A stretch of DNA of 64,000 bases, from the NCBI RefSeq assembly GCF_037042905.1, contig NC_087246.1:37200001-37264000 (forward strand), read 5' to 3'. The notes under the pieces are model-generated. The model saw only the letters and a program-made list of their open reading frames with translations. It was not told where the DNA came from and ran no database searches. This document shows, one piece after another, positions 60,129 to 64,000 of the stretch. The stretch is from Lytechinus pictus (taxonomy: Eukaryota). Every line of letters starts with the position of its first letter. Position 1 is the stretch's first letter. The position numbers and the translations under genes are program-made.

Positions 60129-61703
60129 ATGATTTCAAACGAGAATGAATTCAAGCGTCGAACATCGCTCTCATCCAGTCTACGTCGACTTCAAAAGCGA
60201 CATGGTACGACGTCGACAGGTGGCCTGGAGCTTATCGAACACGATTACTCGCAACAAGAAACCGACGTCGAGTGTCGACCAAGTCCCGATGGAAATGCCA
60301 GGGATAATGCCAATCATTATTTAGAATCTGATCAAGCAAAAACGGAGGATAAATCGTTCGTAATCGAAAGAACGTTTGGGTCCATGCACTGCACATCGAT
60401 CCTATTAGGGGTCCTCGTCAGCTTCGGCTCGCTCTTTTCAGTAAGGGAAATTTTCATGAATTGTGGCGGTCTCATTCCCGCCCTTTTTGTTTGGATTTCG
60501 GCCGGTGCGATGATGTTTGTCGGGGCGCAGTGTTACGCGGAGCTAGCGACATGCATTCCCAAGTCGGGTGGAGATTTTGTGTACCTCTATCACGCCCTTC
60601 CCACGCCCATGCCCGCCTTCATGCAGGTCTGGATGGGACTGGTGATGGGTTCTGGGGCGACGATCTCGGCGCTTGGGAAGATGGGCGGAGTCCAGTTTCT
60701 TAAGTTGGTGTGCAGACGATGTGATGATATCGACAGGAGTTCACCGCTTGTCATCATTGTCGCAGCCCTCATAATATGTGAGTAATTAAGTATTAAACTA
60801 AAGAATTATATTATTGTCCCAACAGTCTGCTAATAAAATCAGCACAATTTTCTATTTGATGAATGTGTAATGCCAGGCAAAGTCACTTTAATGCCAGGAT
60901 TTATCTAATCTTTCCTCTGATTTATTATACCTTGAACCCTGAATCCCTTTCAGTAGCTACAAATCTTTTCAGTGATGAAAACGACAAATCCGTAAGCATT
61001 GCCTTGCTTAAAACAAACTTAACTGCCGATTATTTTTTTTGTATTGATTTAATTCGAACAATCAGCATTAGTGTGCTCAAGTCAGAAAATAGATACCTTT
61101 TAGTCTCTATAATCCAATTAATAAATACCTTTACTATATTATTTGATTAATATAATCACTTCAAATATTTGTTCGTTTCAACCTGTATTAGGCATGTGTA
61201 CTGCCTTTGATTTTGACAACATTAAGAAAAGGGTTGTTTTTAACTTGGTTTGTCTGCAACGGGCTCCTGGGGGACATGCCGAAAAACTTTGAGGCATAAC
61301 TTTCCAAAGTATATAGCGCTTACATTATGTGCCGCCAAAGGGATTTCGGATATTATTAAAGTATCATTAATATCATAAGAGAGGCTGACAATCAATCAAA
61401 ATAGCTTCCAAGGATGTAGAAATAGGCATTATTTTTAATAACATTCTAAGTTTTATCATATGATGTGGTAGAAAGTAGATAGACTAAAATTACATTATGT
61501 TTTAAGAATGGTATAACACCTTCATGCTGAATGGCTTTTATGCGATCTTATTGGGTGAAGCTTTCCTCTTGTTCCAGGTTTACTAATCATGATGCATTGT
61601 CGCAGTTCTCTCTTGTCAGCCTGGTTTCAGGTATCACTGACATGTATCAAGTTAGGATCATTCGCTTTTATCATCGCTCTCGGATTCGTTCACATAGTCA
61701 CCG
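60129..61703 (+). CDS. Second, divergent SLC7 light-chain-like transporter, 5' part; exons 60129-60777 and 61578-61703, continuing beyond the window
   Basis: GAQCYAELATCIPKSGGDFVYL motif; donor GTGAGT at 60778; phase-1 126-nt exon CLLIMMHCRSSLLSAWFQVSLTCIKLGSFAFIIALGFVHIVTG with TTCCAG/GTAGGT boundaries, equivalent to the TM4-5 segment of SLC7 light chains. Confidence 0.85.
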
Positions 61704-62108
61704 GTAGGTAGATGACACCTTTATCAGGATATTCGAGGGCAAAGCGAAATTATCAGTCCTTATAATTAATTTTAATGATTCGCGTTCAGAAAATTTAAAG
61801 GGAAGTCTACCTATATAATGTTCAAGTACAAAAGAATAATGACAGGAGCATAGTTATTCATTGGAGAAAACCATTCTCAGAATATCGGTTATGATAACTT
61901 AAATGTGACGTCACATGCATGCGGGCAGCTCCTCATATGTCATGTGATATTATAATTTATACATTTTTAAAAAGACAACATTGCGCCGGGGGGGGGGGGG
62001 GTGTCGATTTTTTTATTCTTGACTTGTCAAGCTTATAGTTGTTTGATTTAAGAATATCCGAAGTAAATTCATCCGTTGTAGATAATGGGATTTGGTATTT
62101 TGACAACA

Positions 62109-62303
62109 CACTCTAACAAAGGTTTACCCAATATTGGGTAAAATGGGAACATGCATGCATGATGGTTGGGTAAAGAGATTTTGTAAATTTTACGCCATGA
62201 TGCATCGAAATAGTCCAATATGGGTTAAGAAAATACCCAACGAACATGCATGTTCCCTTTCTACCCAATATTGGGTAAAATTTTAATCAGTGTTCTTAGA
62301 GTA
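62109..62303. mobile_element. CACTA/EnSpm-like MITE, 2-bp TSD
   Basis: CA|CACTCTAA...TTAGAGTA|CA; absent from the sister duplicate. Confidence 0.7.
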
Positions 62304-62438
62304 CATGAAGATGATACTAAACTTCAATTTAGACTTAAATTAGTCATTGTTTCATCAAACATAGATTGTTAAAAGCAATTACGTATATAAATCCAAAGCC
62401 AAAGTATTGTAATTCCATAATATTGCATGGTATCGTGC

Positions 62439-62739
62439 CAGTGGCGTACCTAGGATTTTCGACAGGGGGGGCAAAACCGTCCGCCAAAAAATTTGACAAG
62501 CAAAAAAAAAAAAAAAAAAAAAAAAAAGGTCTTCGATCACACATAATAACTTTCGTACCAGAAAAAAATGGACAAGCAAAAAAAAAAAAAAAAAAAAAGG
62601 TCTTCAAGCTCGTCAGGGGGGCATTGAAGGTCTTAAAGCTCGTCAGGGGGGGCAAAGATACGTTTTTGCATGGGTTTTGACTCGTCAGGGGGGGCAGAGT
62701 GCCCCCCCTGCCCCCCCCCCCCCCGTAGGTACGCTAGTG
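62439..62739. mobile_element. hAT-like MITE
   Basis: CAGTGGCGTACCTA...TAGGTACGCTAGTG with perfect 8-bp TSD TATCGTGC. Confidence 0.9.
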
Positions 62740-62883
62740 TATCGTGCTTGATTACATAATGTTCAAGTACAAAGTAGGATAATGACAGGAGCATAATAAT
62801 TCATGGGAGAAAATCATTCTCAGAATATCGGTTTTGATAACTTAAATGTGACGTCACATGCGGGCAGCTCCTCATATGTCATG

Positions 62884-63106
62884 CACAGTAAAAACGTTGT
62901 TTAAGATTTTATACAACGCTGTTTACTATAATTATGAACCTTACAGTATTTGTTTAACCGTTTAAACAATCATGTTTAATTTATTGAAAAGTAGATATTG
63001 AAAATTAAACTTTGTTGCTTAAGATTTAAACACTTGTTTAAACTGTTTAAACAATTACTGTAAGGTTCATTATAGTAAACAGCGTTGTATAATTTTTTTT
63101 ACTGTG
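62884..63106. mobile_element. CACTA/EnSpm-like MITE, 2-bp TSD
   Basis: TG|CACAGTAAAAA...TTTTTACTGTG|TG; absent from the sister duplicate. Confidence 0.78.
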
Positions 63107-64000
63107 TGTAATGAAAAAGACATTGTATGGATTTAGGTCACTGCAGGGTAAAAGATGACCGGGCCGTTGGCGCCCGGGTGGGGGGGGGGGTCGATTTTTT
63201 ATTCTTAACTTGCATTGTCAAGCTTATAGTTGTTGGATTTAAGAATATCCGAAGTAAATTCATCCCTTGTATACTTGACTTGGAGATAATGTGATTTGGT
63301 ATTTTGACAATATGAAAAGAATGTACTAAACTTCAATTTAGATTTAAAGTAGTCATATAATGTTCAAACATACACTCTTAAAAATGTTGGGCAACATACT
63401 GTCCACACAACAATTGGTTAAAACTTTATCAAATTCTGGATAGTTTCAAACCAAAAATGCGTGCTTAATTATAGAAAGTGTTACATTGTAAAACGCTGTA
63501 AGAATTGTAAGCACGTTGTTTAAGGTTTAAGACCGTCATCTACCGAAAGGTTGTTTAAAGTTTTTAACAATTGTTAAAACTTTTTTGAAAATGTTCGAAC
63601 TTTTTAAACAACTTGTTTAAAACTTCAAACAACATGTTTAAAACTTTGAACAATATAGTTGTTTGAGTGACGGATTTAAGCAACTCGGTTAAAATTTTAA
63701 ACAGCATTTTACGGTGTATTTTCCTGCATTGATGTGATGGAGAGGAGAATGCACTTTCTTTTATACCATGCCCTTCGTTATATTTGAGTAGTGTATCAGA
63801 CTTGATGGGATATGAAATACAAGGGCGTAGGCTGGTTTGAGCATGGGGAGGTGCACACCCCGTGGAAGTGGAACTATCATGGGGGTGCACATCTTGCGGG
63901 GAGGTGGAACTAAAGTTTGGAAAATCAGCTGTTCAAAGCAGAATGGGTTCAAATTCCGTTTTGCTTGCCAGTGTCGGAACTACTCTGCCTCGGCGGGAGG

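Larger units (their letters stand above)
61813..63356. repeat. Intronic tandem duplication with copy-specific MITE insertions
   Basis: Blocks starting at ~61815, 61981 and 62305 recur at ~62756, 63168 and 63313. Confidence 0.85.

Overview
AT-rich, intron- and MITE-rich animal genomic DNA. It is probably an echinoderm (sea urchin), an inference from repeat style and gene structure only. Six protein-coding genes can be assembled by hand with consistent splice phases: the 3' part of HEATR3 (+), complete PGLS (-, 245 aa), a complete ZDHHC1/11-type palmitoyltransferase (+, ~755 aa, with one U12-type intron), complete SLC66A2/PQLC1 (-, 264 aa), an intronless SLC7 light-chain amino-acid transporter (+, 505 aa), and the first two coding exons of a second, divergent, intron-containing SLC7 paralogue (+). 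Introns and intergenic DNA hold many non-autonomous DNA transposons (Kolobok-, hAT-, Harbinger-, Tc1/pogo- and CACTA-like), SINE, LINE and Penelope remnants, and a 135-N assembly gap. The most unusual unexplained signal is a pair of ~155-bp repeats upstream of SLC66A2. They share a long hairpin with a compensatory base-pair change, and each lies between minus-strand donor- and acceptor-like sites (candidate unidentified intronic structured RNA). Other notable signals: an inverted repeat bracketing the SLC66A2 first exon; paralogue-supported TACATGTA transposon-excision footprints; a tandemly duplicated D-box plus DR4 module before a TATA box between the two SLC7 genes; and a degenerate TM1 motif in the second SLC7.
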